From Eledone cirrhosa (lineage: Eukaryota), in the NCBI GenBank assembly GCA_964016885.1, contig OZ024741.1, forward strand, positions 192,324,001 through 192,388,000: 64,000 nucleotides of DNA, written 5' to 3'. A program made the translations under genes and the position numbers. The notes under the pieces were generated by a model that was given only the letters and a program-made list of their open reading frames with translations, searched no databases and had not been told where the DNA came from. This document shows, in pieces, positions 41,950-56,447 of the stretch (position 1 is its first letter; each line of letters begins with the position of its first letter).

Positions 41950-43609
41950 GGAGACGTGTAACTTCATACAATTTGATATAGACGACTACTATGCATCCAT
42001 ATCCCCAGCTACCCTAGATAAGGCGCTTATATTTGCCCAAAATAACTCTGATCTTACCCATGATGAAATTGAAATAATAATAGCGGCTAGAAGGACTATC
42101 ATAAAATTTGAAAATAGCTACTGGGTAAGAAAAGATAGGATAAATAGCATCGATATAACAATGGGATGAAATGACTCTGCGCAAATCACAGATATCGTGG
42201 GGCTATTCATAGCACACAACCTACATAAGGAATTCAGTAACCTCCAAGGAGGAATTTATAGGGACGACACGCTACTTATAGCTAAGAACCTAAACAACCA
42301 GAGCATGGAAAGACTAAGAAAAAATATTAGAATATTCTTAAAAAAACTAGGCCTAAGTATTACCTACGAACTGAACCATAAGAAGGTAAACTTTCTAGAT
42401 GTGACTCTAAATCTAAATACTGGATTAATAGAACCTTTCCACAAAAATAATGAAAATCTTGCATACATTAGTTACAACTCAAACCACCCCAAATCCATAA
42501 TTAGATCCATAGCACGTAGTATATCCCTCCGAATATCCCGCTTATCCTCTAACCTAGAAATCTTTAACGAACATGCTGACTATTATAATGCAGCATTACG
42601 TAGGGCCGGTCATAAAGATAAACTGCAGTATATAGTGAATAAAGACAACGTAAACAATCCTAGTAACTACTACACCAACTGCTCACACAATAATAGAAAT
42701 AGCTGGACTAGACATAGGGTTAGGCACGTAACACCTGGAGTAAACGGTCAAAACACTAATAACGTAAACCCAAGAAACAATAGAAGAAACAGACAAAGAA
42801 AATACCTATGGTTCAACCCAATCTTCAACTCCTCTATAAAAACTAGACTGCCCTCGACATTCTTTAAACTAATAGATAAACACTTCCCTATGTCACATAG
42901 ATATCACAAAATACTCAATAGATTTACTATAAAACTCTCATACTCGACAGCAGCAAATATAGAATTACACATACGCAGGATCAACCACAGAAATATCTCT
43001 AGTAAATCAACCGCACCTATGCATAACGTAGCACCAAATTATAAGCATAAACACACCAGAACATCACAACCGCAAGCGCATACAAACGCGCAGCAGCAAA
43101 ACCCCAATGGGCATATATCACAACCCACTTATAACAGAGTACCAAACAGGAGTGTAGAAGCTGCACAAAATAGCGCCTCAAACTGTAACTGTCACCTACC
43201 AGATAGGTGCCCATTGGCGAACAGATGTCTCGATTCGAGCCTAGTGCACATGTGCACGGTCAACTCGGATAACTCCACCTGGAATTACATAGGATCCACC
43301 GCGGGTTCTTTTAAAAAAAGATGGTATGTGCACAGGAACTCAATGAAAAACCGTGCACTTATGGGTTCCACAACCCTCGCCAAAAAAATATGGGAACTGA
43401 AGGACAGCAGCACTAACTACAGTATTAACTGGTCGAAGTTGTTGGCTGCTAAAACCTATAGTACAGGTATGTCCCACTGCGGGCTATGTGATCTAGAACT
43501 AATGTATATCCTCAAAAATGTAAAAAGGCTACTTAACAATAAGTTAGAAAGATCTATCTTCTACAGACATAGAATTGCCACTAAATTCATAAGATTCAAA
43601 CCTCCGTGA
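41950..43609 (+). mobile_element. Penelope-like retroelement (Naiad-like), 5'-truncated RT + GIY-YIG
   Basis: FDIDDYYASI, ITMG*NDSAQITDIVG, GIYRDD, FLDV, WFNP, CNC..CPL..C, NYIGST..FKKRW..H and CGLC..E motifs; one reading frame with a single TGA at 42167-42169. Confidence 0.92.
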
Positions 43610-43968
43610 ATCGAACCAACATAACATAGCTTTAAACTAGGATACCCACTACCCTGCATAAATCACCACAGAAATATACTCATTAAGTACACTCTAGCCT
43701 TCACAAGTCTATACCACACAAATGTCTGTAAGTACCTCATCAACCCATAAACTTATTCCTTCTCAGCTGCTGCCATCACTTGATCCTAAATCCAAGTATT
43801 TCTCAAATCACTACTACAATGTAACTTTACCTTCCCTTTGCCATAATTACAATCAGCACACTTATCTCTTTGCATGTATGTATATTTTTGTACGAGTGTA
43901 TATTGATGTGTATGTATGTGTCTATGTACAAATGCGTGTGTATATATATATATGTGTGTGTATATGTG

Positions 43969-43999
<31 letters not shown>

Positions 44000-44367
44000 G
44001 TATTACCTCCTTAACCTCTGTATTAACTCGCCCACTATTTAGCTTTGACAGTGTTGTCCCATTCATGTATGTTATTGAAGATGAAAAGAAAGACTGTAAA
44101 CACCGGCTTATCTTTAAAATTGATACAATACACCCTACGACACTCCGTACATGCCAAACTTATACTTCTGCTTCATGTCAGCTAGTTTTACAAGCCGAAA
44201 TCTTAGATACACTATACCCCCCCCCCCCACACCTAATGTAATGTCAGGGTCTCCTCAAATAATTTATTAATAGCATTGTTGTAATTGTTGTTATTGTTCT
44301 AACTGAATGCCATTACTACTTCATATAGTAGCCTGTATATTCCTTTCATGCCTGTATATTCTCTTCA

Positions 44368-44708
44368 TTCTCACATGCTCCGAAGAACTGACTGGTTATA
44401 ATTTTGTATTGGCGATCGAGTAACGTGAAAACAAGCGAATAGCGATCTCTAGACCTACCAGTTCAGAGAAACAATTGTCAGCAATGAGATTAAAAACCTT
44501 TTTTGTATAGCAAACCATGTCAATCTTCTTTCCTGATTTATTATTACTCCAAATGTTTACAACATAGGAATTACAGCATACTCGCAACATCACTATGAAA
44601 ACGCCTTGTTGAGTCAAACCAAGCCAAGCGTTGATATCATCCACTACCCGGAATACCATAACTGGACTACACCTAAGTGGACTGCATATAACTATTATTT
44701 GTTACCCC

Positions 44709-44710
<2 letters not shown>
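44368..44710 (+). mobile_element. PLE-type terminal repeat with an HHR-like motif (long stem II)
   Basis: tgct-CCGAAGA-ctgactggt...accagttcag-GAAAC-aatt-GTC-agca (44376-44483); the tail is related to 25700-25858. Confidence 0.65.
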
Positions 44711-44759
<49 letters not shown>

Positions 44760-44764
<5 letters not shown>

Positions 44765-45556
44765 TTCAAGAGTAACCAATCTTAAAGAGAGAGATGGAGA
44801 TAGGAGAGGAGATAGGAGAAGAGAGATTGGTGAATTAGTTAGAAGCCAAAGCGTAAAGGCATGTGCTCAATGTGCAATATGCAGTAGAAAGCAGCTAGGT
44901 GGCTGGGTTCATGCAGAAGTTAGGCGCGCAGAGCTGGAAATATTCACTAGTTAAGAAAAACAAGACCACTAATTTCACAAGGAAGACATTATTAAAAGAT
45001 TGTCAACATATTTTAGTTTGATGTAAGGAATGTAGAGAATAATAATAATAATATTAATAATAATAATGTCCGTTTACAATTGTTTCGCTACTCCATATAA
45101 TATTTCTGGATCAGATGACTATATATCATTATTGATCTGGTTCAGTTGAAAATAATTAACATATTTAAAAACAGCGGCTCATCGGAACTTCAAAGGAATA
45201 TAAATTAAAATAAGGAGATAATGTTACATAATGGACACCATAGTGAAATACCAATATATGGAACATTACATTATGTAACATTCTCTCCTTATTTTAATTT
45301 ATATTCCTTTGAAGTTCCGATGAGCCGCTCTGTTTTTAAATATGTTAATTATTTTCAACTGAACCAGATCAATAATGATATATAGCCATCTGATCCAGAA
45401 ATATTATATGGAGTAGCGAAACAATTGTAAACGGACATTATTATTATTAATATTATTATTATTATTCTCTACATTCCTTACATCAAACTAAAATATGTTG
45501 ACAATCTTTTAATAATATCTTCCTTGTGAAATTTGTGGTCTTGTTTTGCTTAACTA
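44760..45556 (-). mobile_element. Fold-back family P11 (about 285-bp arms) with an HHR-like motif in each arm
   Basis: 44948-45233 is the inverse of 45269-45556; gtt-CCGATGA-gccgctc...gagtagc-GAAAC-aatt-GTA-aac at 45314-45432. Confidence 0.88.
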
Positions 45557-45670
<114 letters not shown>

Positions 45671-45829
45671 TGCTCTGAGGAAACAGTGGTAACAACATTT
45701 GATAATTGAGTTTTGCAAATAGTTATAAATTTGCACATAGTATAACTAGGCTGTATAACCACCGTGGAAACATTTGTAAGCACACGGAATAAATTACCTT
45801 TTTATGATGTCTACCTGTTATTATTCATT

Positions 45830-45912
<83 letters not shown>

Positions 45913-45915
<3 letters not shown>

Positions 45916-46103
45916 CGAAGGAAATGTGGTAAGGAACCAGGTGGACGATAACGCACCAAAGTACTCAATACTTAGGGTAGTAGAGTGGGTAATAGGAACG
46001 AGTAAGACCCCGACGGCTGAGCTCAAGCCGTTTCGACGGCTAATTCTGGTCCAGAATTAGCCGTCGAAACGGCTTGAGCTCAGCCGTCGGGGTCTTACTC
46101 GTT

Positions 46104-46108
<5 letters not shown>
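45913..46108 (-). mobile_element. Fold-back family P12: perfect 58-bp arms with a 1-nt loop
   Basis: 45992-46049/46051-46108; HHR 3' half GAAACggct...agccGTC; the same tail occurs at 25898-25982. Confidence 0.9.
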
Positions 46109-46156
<48 letters not shown>

Positions 46157-46159
<3 letters not shown>

Positions 46160-46573
46160 AGGTGAGTTTTATTGTAGTACAATAAAGCAATGCAGATATC
46201 GGATAAGAAGCACTCTACAGTTTGTAGGACTGGAGTATACATAATATAAGATCAAAAGATGGTTAAAGGAGTTCCATGTATTTTATTATGCGCATTTCAA
46301 AAACAAACATCATCATGCAATAATATTTGTGTTTTCATCAGATAAAACAGGAGAACATGATATGAAGGCTAAAAAACACTTGTGGATAGTGCAGTTTTAA
46401 ATCAACATATCATATATTGATTTAAAACTGCACTATCCACAAGTGTTTTTTAGCCTTCATATCATGTTCTCCTGTTTTATCTGATGAAAACACAAATATT
46501 ATTGCATGATGATGTTTGTTTTTGAAATGCGCATAATAAAATACATGGAACTCCTTTAACCATCTTTTGATCT

Positions 46574-46581
<8 letters not shown>
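46157..46581 (-). mobile_element. Fold-back family P3 with HHR in both arms (+ copy at 46475-46541)
   Basis: Arms about 46241-46405/46417-46581; ttttat-CTGATGA-long stem II-GAAA-tgcgc-ATA-ataaaa; predicted cleavage after 46535. Confidence 0.92.
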
Positions 46582-46658
<77 letters not shown>

Positions 46659-47117
46659 TACTGAGAGAAGGACCGTGTAACATTTTAGTCTTAATAAATA
46701 GCAAAGTTAAACTCGGAAAAAAAGAAACACGTTGGACGGACGAGCAAAAGAATCTATCCCCTTCGTCAGCTACCCCATGATGATTGTAATTTCGTGAATA
46801 AGGGTCGGATGGTATAATATTGATCCCAGATTGCACAAAAAAAACCCTCAACGGAAAGGTGCTTATATAACAATACAACAATATACAGACAAAGGAAAAC
46901 AATTGAGTGTCTTTCAACTAAGACAGCTAAGCGAGTACTCAAACCAAAGGTCGTCCGACTGGTAAGAGGATACCCAACAGGCAGATTGTGCAAATGATAA
47001 CGCAGGAATGATGGAAATATAAAAAAACTTTCGTAAAAAAAAGTAAGCGCAGAGGAGAGGTTTGAAACAGACAGTACATGTTTTGTCTGCTTTCATCTAT
47101 TTATATTTCATCCTTTC

Positions 47118-47175
47118 TGGCCTGCCCGAAGATTCCGTAACTACACAGGCGAAACTCGAGAGTAACAAGTAGTTT
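47118..47175 (+). ncRNA. Degenerate HHR-like motif
   Basis: CCGAAGA...GAAACtcgagaGTA; stem I poorly paired. Confidence 0.45.
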
Positions 47176-47281
47176 CTGTATAATAAAACTATTATAATAA
47201 AAATATTATCTGCGGCAACCACAACCTCATTACGTTATAGGCCGTGTTCCATGTATATAATTGGTATATTATAATACTCAC

Positions 47282-47396
47282 TGACAGTTCCAACTAGTGT
47301 CACTTTCGGAATATGTTTAGCTTCTATGATGTTAAAGACCATTTTACCAGCTACAGGCTGGTAACATCCAGAAATACGAAGGTCACCTTGGTGCAA
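47282..47396 (-). CDS. Synaptotagmin-like exon (start of C2B)
   Basis: ag|LHQGDLRISGCYQPVAGKMVFNIIEAKHIPKVTLVGTV|gtgagt; 115 nt, phase 0 to 1. Confidence 0.9.
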
Positions 47397-47880
47397 CTGT
47401 TTTGGAGAAAAAGAAAACATTGAACGATTGGAGAAATATAAATGTAGATAATAGACTCAATTTATTTCTGTTTTCAACATCATAATAAAAACAACAGCAG
47501 TACAACAGTATATTTGTTTAACCCAAAGGCAGTCCAGTAGATATATATATCCAGTAGATATATATTGAAAGATGTTTCAGTTGTAATTGTCATATCTTTT
47601 ATTCAGACATACTATGTCCAGGATTAGATTATGTAATATATATTACCGTGATGTTGTTGCTGTTTAGCATCAAACCAGCTCCATCTCATTAGATATATGA
47701 TCAAAGATATTCATGCCATGATGACCCCGTATTTTATTCCCACACAATGTATCTAGAACTATATTATCTAATGTATTGTTTCCTTGTTTGTTGTTGTTTA
47801 GCCCCAGGTGAAGCATGATCCAGTAGTCCCACGATTAATGATATCCCTGCCGTGACTATGCCATCTTTATTCAAACAATA

Positions 47881-47996
<116 letters not shown>

Positions 47997-48219
47997 GAAT
48001 TTCGGATATAGCTGTCCAAACAGCCGGAGGTCCTGAATATTTTCATATATATATATATTTATTTAAATTTATTTCCTTCCTTGTATTTTGATCATGCTTT
48101 ATTTTTATTTTTATCTTTATTTTTTTATTTTTTTATTTTTTCATTCGCACCGTCTCCTTTCGCTATATGTCTCTTCACCACTCCCCTACACACCCTTTGA
48201 ACTCTGTTCCCACACACTT

Positions 48220-48342
48220 CTCACCTGAGGAAGGGCTTATGCCCGAAACGTCGTCCCCCACCAACACCCCACTCTCCAGAGCGTGAAATTAATAAACATT
48301 CGTTGTACTGCCTCTCTGTTTTGTCCCTGTTCAAATTTTTCC

Positions 48343-48345
<3 letters not shown>
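48220..48345 (+). ncRNA. Degenerate HHR-like motif in a PLE-type terminal repeat
   Basis: CTGAGGA-gggc/gccc-GAAACgtcGTC with no clear stem I; the tail tgtactgcctctctgtttt is shared with 51915. Confidence 0.5.
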
Positions 48346-48388
<43 letters not shown>

Positions 48389-49323
48389 CTTTTGGAATTG
48401 ATCTGATAAGGTCACTCTTGTGAGTATGTCATATAACATTTTATACATCTCATATTATATTTTATATATAAATTTTTAGCATCCCAGAAATATATATAAT
48501 GAAATATATAAAGATTATTATTATTATATATACTACCAGTGGTTTTCTCCTAGCATGTGTAGTGTGTATATTAGCCTCGCCATCACCCGAGGTAACACTG
48601 CGAGTACGCTGTCTTGCCTCAAAAATCATTAGAACGGTTGCCCAGTATTCCCCGCTGCTGTCTTTTGCTCTGGTGGTGGCTCGGTTCTTCACCCCTTCCT
48701 TTACATTTTCTTTAATATTGCAACATTAAAGGAATATATCCTTCTGACAGAATCGCGAGCAATTTATAATGTTTTCTAAGCATTTGTAATGTTATTTATG
48801 TATATATATATTTAAAACATGTTATGTTATTTTATTCTACTGTAAATGTATTTATATGCTTTGTATATATCATATGTGTTCATATTTTCACTCCCATTTG
48901 TAACGTTATTTAATAAAATAAAAATATCAAATAAAATCGTAATATCAAATAAAATCGTAATTGACAATATACACAGAAATTGAACGAAGACTGCGTTACA
49001 CTCGCTTATGTAATCAATAATGTAATCCATGATACATTAAAAAAGACAATATTATATATAAAACGCATTATGAGATAATTATTAACGGAAATATATGAAT
49101 GTTTATTTAAGCGATCGCTAACCGGAAGTGTTGACATTTGAACATTTTAAAGAAGTGAATCTTTAAATAAACAATAAAATATATTTAATCAACAGCTACG
49201 AAATTTAGTATATAAATTATGTAATATTCATTTATTATTTATTCAAAGTAGTTAAACTTATTTTACTAACTGGATTAAAAGAAATAAACCTGCACTCCTT
49301 ACTTTATTATAGTTTATATATAC

Positions 49324-49394
<71 letters not shown>

Positions 49395-49444
49395 ACTACA
49401 TCATCCAACATGCATGCAGGACTACTTTTTAACATGGTGTAAAG

Positions 49445-49763
49445 CAGAGGCATGCAACAGGCGGTCCGTTGGCCACAATCCGGCCCGCCAGACCAGGCAG
49501 AGTGGCTCGCGATGACCGTTTTTAATGTTTATCTTGTAGGCTTACTTAGAATTTTTTTCGTAACTGTAACACAATTTTCTGTTAGTTGACTTGTACTAAA
49601 GGGCTTCACTGATAGGGTTATGTGTGTTATAATTTCCCAGTTCCATGTTATGGAAAAAAGTTTTGGTGAATCTTTGGAATAGTGCTTAATAAATATCAAT
49701 GACCCTAATAGTTGTTCCAATGTTCAAAAGTGGCCCGCCAATGGAATATGTTGCACACCCCTG
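49445..49763. mobile_element. hAT-type MITE
   Basis: TIRs cagaggcatgcaaca / tgttgcacacccctg, subterminal ggcccgcc, and near 8-bp TSD gtgtaaag / gtgtaaga. Confidence 0.78.
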
Positions 49764-50190
49764 GTGTAAGATCTCGGTGTTTTAGAATTGCGGCAGAAGA
49801 TTGGTGAAAATAGGATGTCATTCGATATATAGAGTATAGTTTAAAGATTAATAGGTAGCTGTGTTTACTTATATCTCTTTCTGAGTTCATATGTGATATC
49901 TAACTGGGAATTTATGATAACTACATGTAAATATGTGACACCTACATGTAACTATGTGATATCTACTAGTTAATATGTCATATCTCTCTTACTCTTTAAT
50001 ACTTTCACTAGTTTCAGTCATTAGACTTCAGCCATGCTAGGACACGGCCTTGAATAGATTTAGTTGATTATATCGACTTCCAGTACTTATTTGAGCGAAC
50101 TCCTTTTGTCAAACATCTAGATTACGTATCATAAACACACAGGAAAAAAATCACAAACAGTAACACGGAAATACACAAAAGCAAACACAG

Positions 50191-50280
<90 letters not shown>

Positions 50281-50682
50281 GATATATATGATGACAAGCT
50301 TCTACAGTTTCCCTGAATCATTGGTCAACCAGACGTTATCGTAGAAGACATTTGTCTAAGGTGCATTGCAGTGAAAGTGAACTCAAAACTTCATTATTGC
50401 AAAGTGAATTCCTTAACTACACTGCAATGCCTGTAAATGTATTATATCTACTGGTAGATACTTGAAATCTTCCAGTAAATATGTGATAGCTAACTGTAAA
50501 TACGAGATACCTGCCTGTGAATTATGTTATACCTGTCCATAAATATGTGATAGATAACTGTAAATATGGGATCATTCCCTGTGAATATGTTATATCTGCT
50601 CAACCTGATCATAATTATATGATAGCTACTTGTGAATATGATATAGCTAGATGGTATCGACTTGTAACTGTATGCTACTCAC

Positions 50683-50889
50683 CCGTAAGACAGTCTGTGG
50701 CATTAGTGTAAGGTTGGCTTTACCATCGGTTAGTTGGTCGATCTCTTTCAGCAGAATGGTACCAACACCGAGTAAATGGCGACGACCTCGTGCCTCGGTT
50801 GAGTACATTTGGAATTCCAGTGCAGCGTCGTCGGTGAAGTCAACTGAAGACAATTCTTTAATGGTGAACTTCTCCAAGAAAACAGGGTT
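50683..50889 (-). CDS. Synaptotagmin-like exon (second half of C2A)
   Basis: tttttag|NPVFLEKFTIKE...LEFQMYSTEARGRRHLLGVGTILLKEID...QTVLR|gtgagt; 207 nt, phase 0 to 0. Confidence 0.88.
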
Positions 50890-51150
50890 CTAAAAAGAAA
50901 AGTATATATATGTATATAGAGTCCATAACACCAATCAAACCCCCTTTTATAGCTCTGACGAATCCTACGGTTACGTAAGGAAGAAACATTGTAAGCCAAT
51001 AAAAATCTTTTGATGTTGTAGACGCTCTTGTGTTCTTTTTCATATATGTATATATCGTCATCGAAACATTTTAAGCTTGACAGAAGGGCTTTGTGATTAT
51101 AGATATAGAAGGCACGCAATATTAAATGTAGAGTGAAATATTGAATTACA

Positions 51151-51338
<188 letters not shown>

Positions 51339-51342
51339 AAAT

Positions 51343-51530
51343 AATTGTTTCTACTTTTGGCACAAGGCCAGCAATTACCCCGTACATTACTGGTACTTTA
51401 GTTTATCGACCCGGTAAGGATGAAAGGCAAAGTTAACCTCGACGGGATTTGAACTCAGACCGTAAAGGGACGTAACTATGCTGGAAAGCATGGCGTCCGA
51501 CCCTCCACCGATACTCCCAATCCACCGCCC
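51343..51530 (-). mobile_element. Main-family SINE
   Basis: Full copy on the minus strand. Confidence 0.88.
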
Positions 51531-51547
51531 TTATATATATATAAAAT

Positions 51548-51955
51548 AATGAAATATAAGTCAACAGTTTAGAATTTACTTCATTTATTCGTTACTCAAT
51601 TGGTGCTATACATATTTCGATGGTAACTGTTATGCAAGTTATTCGTTAAACAGTTACATGAATAAAAACAACATGAAAGAATAAACATTACTCATGTTGT
51701 TTCAATTCATGGCACGGGCATGAGTAATTTTTATTCTTTCTTCATGTTATTTTTATTCATGTAACTGTTTAACAAATAGCTGTCTGATGCGGTCATAACT
51801 GTTGCATAACAGTTATCATCGAAATATGTATAGTATCGATTATGTAATGAATAAATGAAGTTAATTCTAACCTACGGGCTTCTACTTCATTGTGAAACTA
51901 ATACTAATATCATCTGTACTGCCTCTCTGTTTTTTTTGTTCTCTGTTTATTTATT
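51548..51955 (+). mobile_element. Old, diverged fold-back element with a degenerate HHR
   Basis: About 51548-51697 is the inverse of about 51719-51891; CTGATGC...ataactgtt/aacagttat...GAAAtatgtATA. Confidence 0.7.
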
Positions 51956-52115
51956 AAACTATATATATAATAATAAATAAGACAGACGGTTTTATTCGTA
52001 CATCCCTATTTTATTCGTTATATGTATTTCGAAGATAAGGTAGTTATATAATAACTGCCTTACACGTCTATTAAAGAATACGTCAGCAGATTTTTAATCA
52101 ACCAACTCTTTCTTC

Positions 52116-52210
<95 letters not shown>

Positions 52211-52289
52211 AGTAAGGTTTTTCTTAAAAATATCCACACAGGAAAGAGTATAGGAAAAAGAAATTGAAAATGCAATTGAAGTCTTTAAG

Positions 52290-53100
52290 AAGGTTTATTT
52301 ACAATAACCCTTCACTTTACCGGTTTCACAAGTTTCGTGATTTTCAAAAGTTAAGCGTGATGGAGAGATATTGGCTATGCCGTCGTGTAACTCGCATCTA
52401 ATTGGTACTGGGAAGTTCTTTCAGTTTTATGCAATAAAGTGGCTCAGATTGCTATATGTTTGAAGTACAAATTGATAGGTTGAAGATGATCACGTGATTC
52501 GACACCGAATTTGATGGTACTTTTGCACCCCAAACGCCAAGAAATATAGAGGCATACAACATTATCCACAAAACATCCCACTATTGAGAAAAAACCAAGA
52601 ATGAAAACAACATTCGAAACACAAACTAATCAAAAGCAAAAGACAATCAAAATCGCTTTAAAAACTGCCGATAGGACTCCAGATTACCCACAATAAATCC
52701 AACAGCAACAGTAAAAAAGAGTTGTCACCTTAATTGCAAAACTTGCATTAACCTCATTGAAGACACATTATAAATCTAAATCAGGACAAACCTTTTTTGT
52801 AAAAAGTAATTTCACCTGTTCATAAAAAATTCAGAATATGCCATTAAATGTAAACGCAGTAACAATGATTACATAGGGAAAACCAAACTCACCCTCAGAA
52901 ACAGAATAATAATTCATTGCCAACAATTATGAGATCCCCGCTACAAAACAGATAGCACTCAGTGAGCATTTGGACTTATGTGCAAAAAACAAGATCCCTA
53001 AATTCCAAGTTTTCCCACTATTGTGAGGTAATGACACAGATCAAACACGAATATGTAAATAATATTTATTTATTCAAAAATACAAACCATGTCTAAATAG
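52290..53100 (+). mobile_element. PLE GIY-YIG fragment preceded by an inverted HHR-bearing repeat
   Basis: Broken frame with C..CKTC, FTC, AIKC, DYIGKT..LRNR, EHLD.C and FIQKYKPCLN; the minus strand at 52312-52352 reads actt-TTGAAAA-cacga/ttgtg-GAAAC-cg-GTA-aagt. Confidence 0.7.
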
Positions 53101-53499
53101 ACTCTAACTAAACACACATGTAACATTCTTCACCTTACTAATGGAATTATTATCATCATTATTGTTGTTGTTATTATTATTATGTTATCACATGACCATA
53201 TCTACACAACCAGCCACGGATAAATAAATGAAAATATATTTATTCAAAATAAGATAACCTGAAAAAATACAGGAATAGCAACGTTAACAATAGACATAAC
53301 AACAACAACCACAACCACAACAAAAAAACAAGAACAAAAACAAAAACAAGAAACACAATACAGGTAACAACCACAATGGTAGAAATAACAGTAACAACAA
53401 CAATAACAATGGACAGAACAACAACAACAATACATTTAACAATCATAACAATAATAATAATGTTAACGGTAGGAACAACAACCATAATGACAATAATAG

Positions 53500-56036
53500 T
53501 AGCACACACAACTATGACGATAGATTTAATGACAACTCCTTAGAGAACCTGTTCTTCAACCCAGCTGACAAAACATACAAGATTAACAAAATTCCCCTCA
53601 CTAAATTACCTTTTAATAAAAGAGTTTGTATACCACAACAAATAGATGACCAAACAGAAGCACAGTTTACCATAGCTAAAAAGAAACTTAGACAGGTAGT
53701 AGACCAATATACTAAGAGATAAAGCAGATCAGAAATCCAACAACTTGGAAGGAAACCCGTAGAAGGCCTACTTAGCCTCAAGCAATGCTCAAGTGATGGT
53801 GAGGTAGTGTGTCTACCCACAGATAAATCTGGTAGGATGTCAATAGACAGCATGCCGAACTATATCAAGGCTATACAACCCCACATCATCAACACGAGCG
53901 AAACAACACAACAAACACATGAGGGGAGACAGAATATCCTCAACGCTCACATGATGATGCACTGCCAACAACTTCCAAGCGTCTAACAATGACATACTAT
54001 CCTTGTATGGGCTCCGCAAAGACCATAAGACAACCGAATACCCGACAACAGGACCACCAACAAGACCTGTATGCGGAGCCAATATTGCTAGCAACTACAG
54101 GATCTCCTACTTCCTCTCAATGGTTATACGCCCCATAATCAATATGTCCCCAGATGTATGTGACAGCACAGGGGACCTCCTCAGCAGAATCAATGAGTGC
54201 AACAAGAAGAAAAACTTAACTAACTGCATAATAGGCAGTATGGATGTAGTATCACTGTACCCATCCATTAACATTGATTTTGCTGTGGAAAAATGGGTAG
54301 AAATAATCAGTGAGAGCGAAGTGGAGTTCTGCGACGTCGACACAGATGAACTGGGCCTCCTACTTAGACTTACTTATGACACCGAGTACCTAGATAACCA
54401 TGAAATTAACTGTTTCTGCCCCAGTAGACCCATAAGAGGTAGACCCCCCACCATAACCTCAATGGCTAAAAAGACTCCCATGGGAAGATGGAATGGATGG
54501 ACCAAAGCCATACGGACACCCCAAAACAATGATCAGGTGAGAAAAATGGTTGCACATGCAATAAGGGCTAGTCTTAAAACTACCCTAAAGGACCATATGT
54601 TTAAATTTAACGAAAAGATCTATACCCAGAGTGAGGGAGCAGCCATTGGCATCAGCATAGCTGGTGATGTTGCCAATCTATTTATGGTAATGTGGGAAAG
54701 GAGACTCAAAGAACTCATTGAAGAGAGCTCCATAGACCTCGTCACGTACTCTCGGTACGTAGACGATATCAATATAGTAATAAGAACACCCCACAAGAGA
54801 GTACTAATGAACATGATTTAGAAGATAGCACAATGGAAAGCATCCAGCAGATAGCTAACTCCATACACCAGAGTATAACTGTAACTGTTGACTACCCTTC
54901 CAAACACCCTAACAATAGACTACCAGTATTAGACACGGAACTCTGGATTAACACTATAGACGAGAGGGCCCAAATTCTCCACTCACACTATGCTAAACCC
55001 ATGGCCTCCTTATACCTGATACTCAAAAACTCAACAGTGTCCAATAGTGCTAAGTTTAATAGTCTGATCGCAGACTTGGTACGAGTGATGAAGAATGTGT
55101 CCCGCATGTGCGACCCAACTGAAATGGAAAGACACATCCAACACTTCATCAACCGCATGCAGGTCTCTGGCTACAACCAAAGAGACAGAATCAGAGTATA
55201 CAAAGGAGCCACGGAGAAGTATAAGACCCTCATAGAAATGGACAAAAAAAAAGGAATTTGACCATTATACAGGAGCAAACCATGGAATAGCTTAGATAAG
55301 ACTAAACATAAGATAGGGAAAGACACTTCATGGTACGACAACCAGAGATACCAGAGTGTCATGTACGTGGATGCTATCCCTAGAGGGAAATTAGTTAACC
55401 AATGTAGAAAGGCCCTAAGAAAGATCCACTTAAAGATTAAAATGGTAGAAAAGCCAGGAACTACCATAAAATCAGCAAGACTAATAAGAAATGTATTATA
55501 TGTAAATTGACCACCCAGATAAACTGTAAAACTAGAAATGTAGTCTATAGCATAAGATGTACATAGGGTACTTGCAGAAACATGACAACGACTTACATAG
55601 ACAGCTCGAAGCATAGGAGAAAGAATAGACCAACAATGGGGGGAACTAAAAGGACACAAAAAAAAACAAAACGGTTCAGTACTATACGAACATGCCAGAC
55701 AGAGACATGACGGTAATATAGACAACATAGAAATTAAAATAATATCTAAACATAGAAATGACTCAACAGGTAGGCAAATGAGAGAAGCTACTGAGATAGA
55801 GCTTGGAAGGCCAAAGTTAAACAGAAAAAATGAATGGAATAACAACAACAACCACACCCAAACAAACAATACTGACTTAAGGGAAATATAAATAAATAAA
55901 TATATACACGAGTACAATAACAACAAAAACATATAAACACACACTAGTGAACAAAGATAGAATACAAAAACATAAACACATACACTCAAACGCGAACACA
56001 CACACGCACACGCATGCGCAGAGACGGAGACAAGAA

Positions 56037-56103
<67 letters not shown>

Positions 56104-56375
56104 AATAAAAATGGCGTAGATATTACAATACAATAGGAGGAAACATAATAATAGTATCACTGATGATGTCGCAGATGTGCAATGAAAGAACTTTGTTAGA
56201 CTATATATATGTATTTATATCTGTATTTTTGACCGTTGGTCAGTCAATGATATGCCAAATAAATTAACTATGGAGATATAAAAGATACAGAAGCGAAGAC
56301 CAACCAAACAGTGAGTGTTATTATTTCTGGCAATATCATAACAATATGACCCCCCACCCCCCAAGTATAACAATA
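53500..56375 (+). mobile_element. Penelope-like element (non-Naiad type): degenerate RT + GIY-YIG + 3' terminal repeat
   Basis: PTDKSG, YGLRKDHK, RPVCG, SMDVVSLYPSI, GAAIG, RYVDD, LPVLD, YAKPM, then TARSIGER..EH..H..REA..LNRKNEW; CTGATGA...GAAA motif at about 56160-56190. Confidence 0.88.
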
Positions 56376-56447
56376 TATATATATATATATATATAATTCA
56401 AAGGGATATATGTATATAATTAGACATAATCACAGATACATATATGA

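Noticed and set aside
55171-56160. 329-aa minus-strand ORF
   Set aside because: It is antisense to the PLE endonuclease region and low-complexity A-rich repeats.
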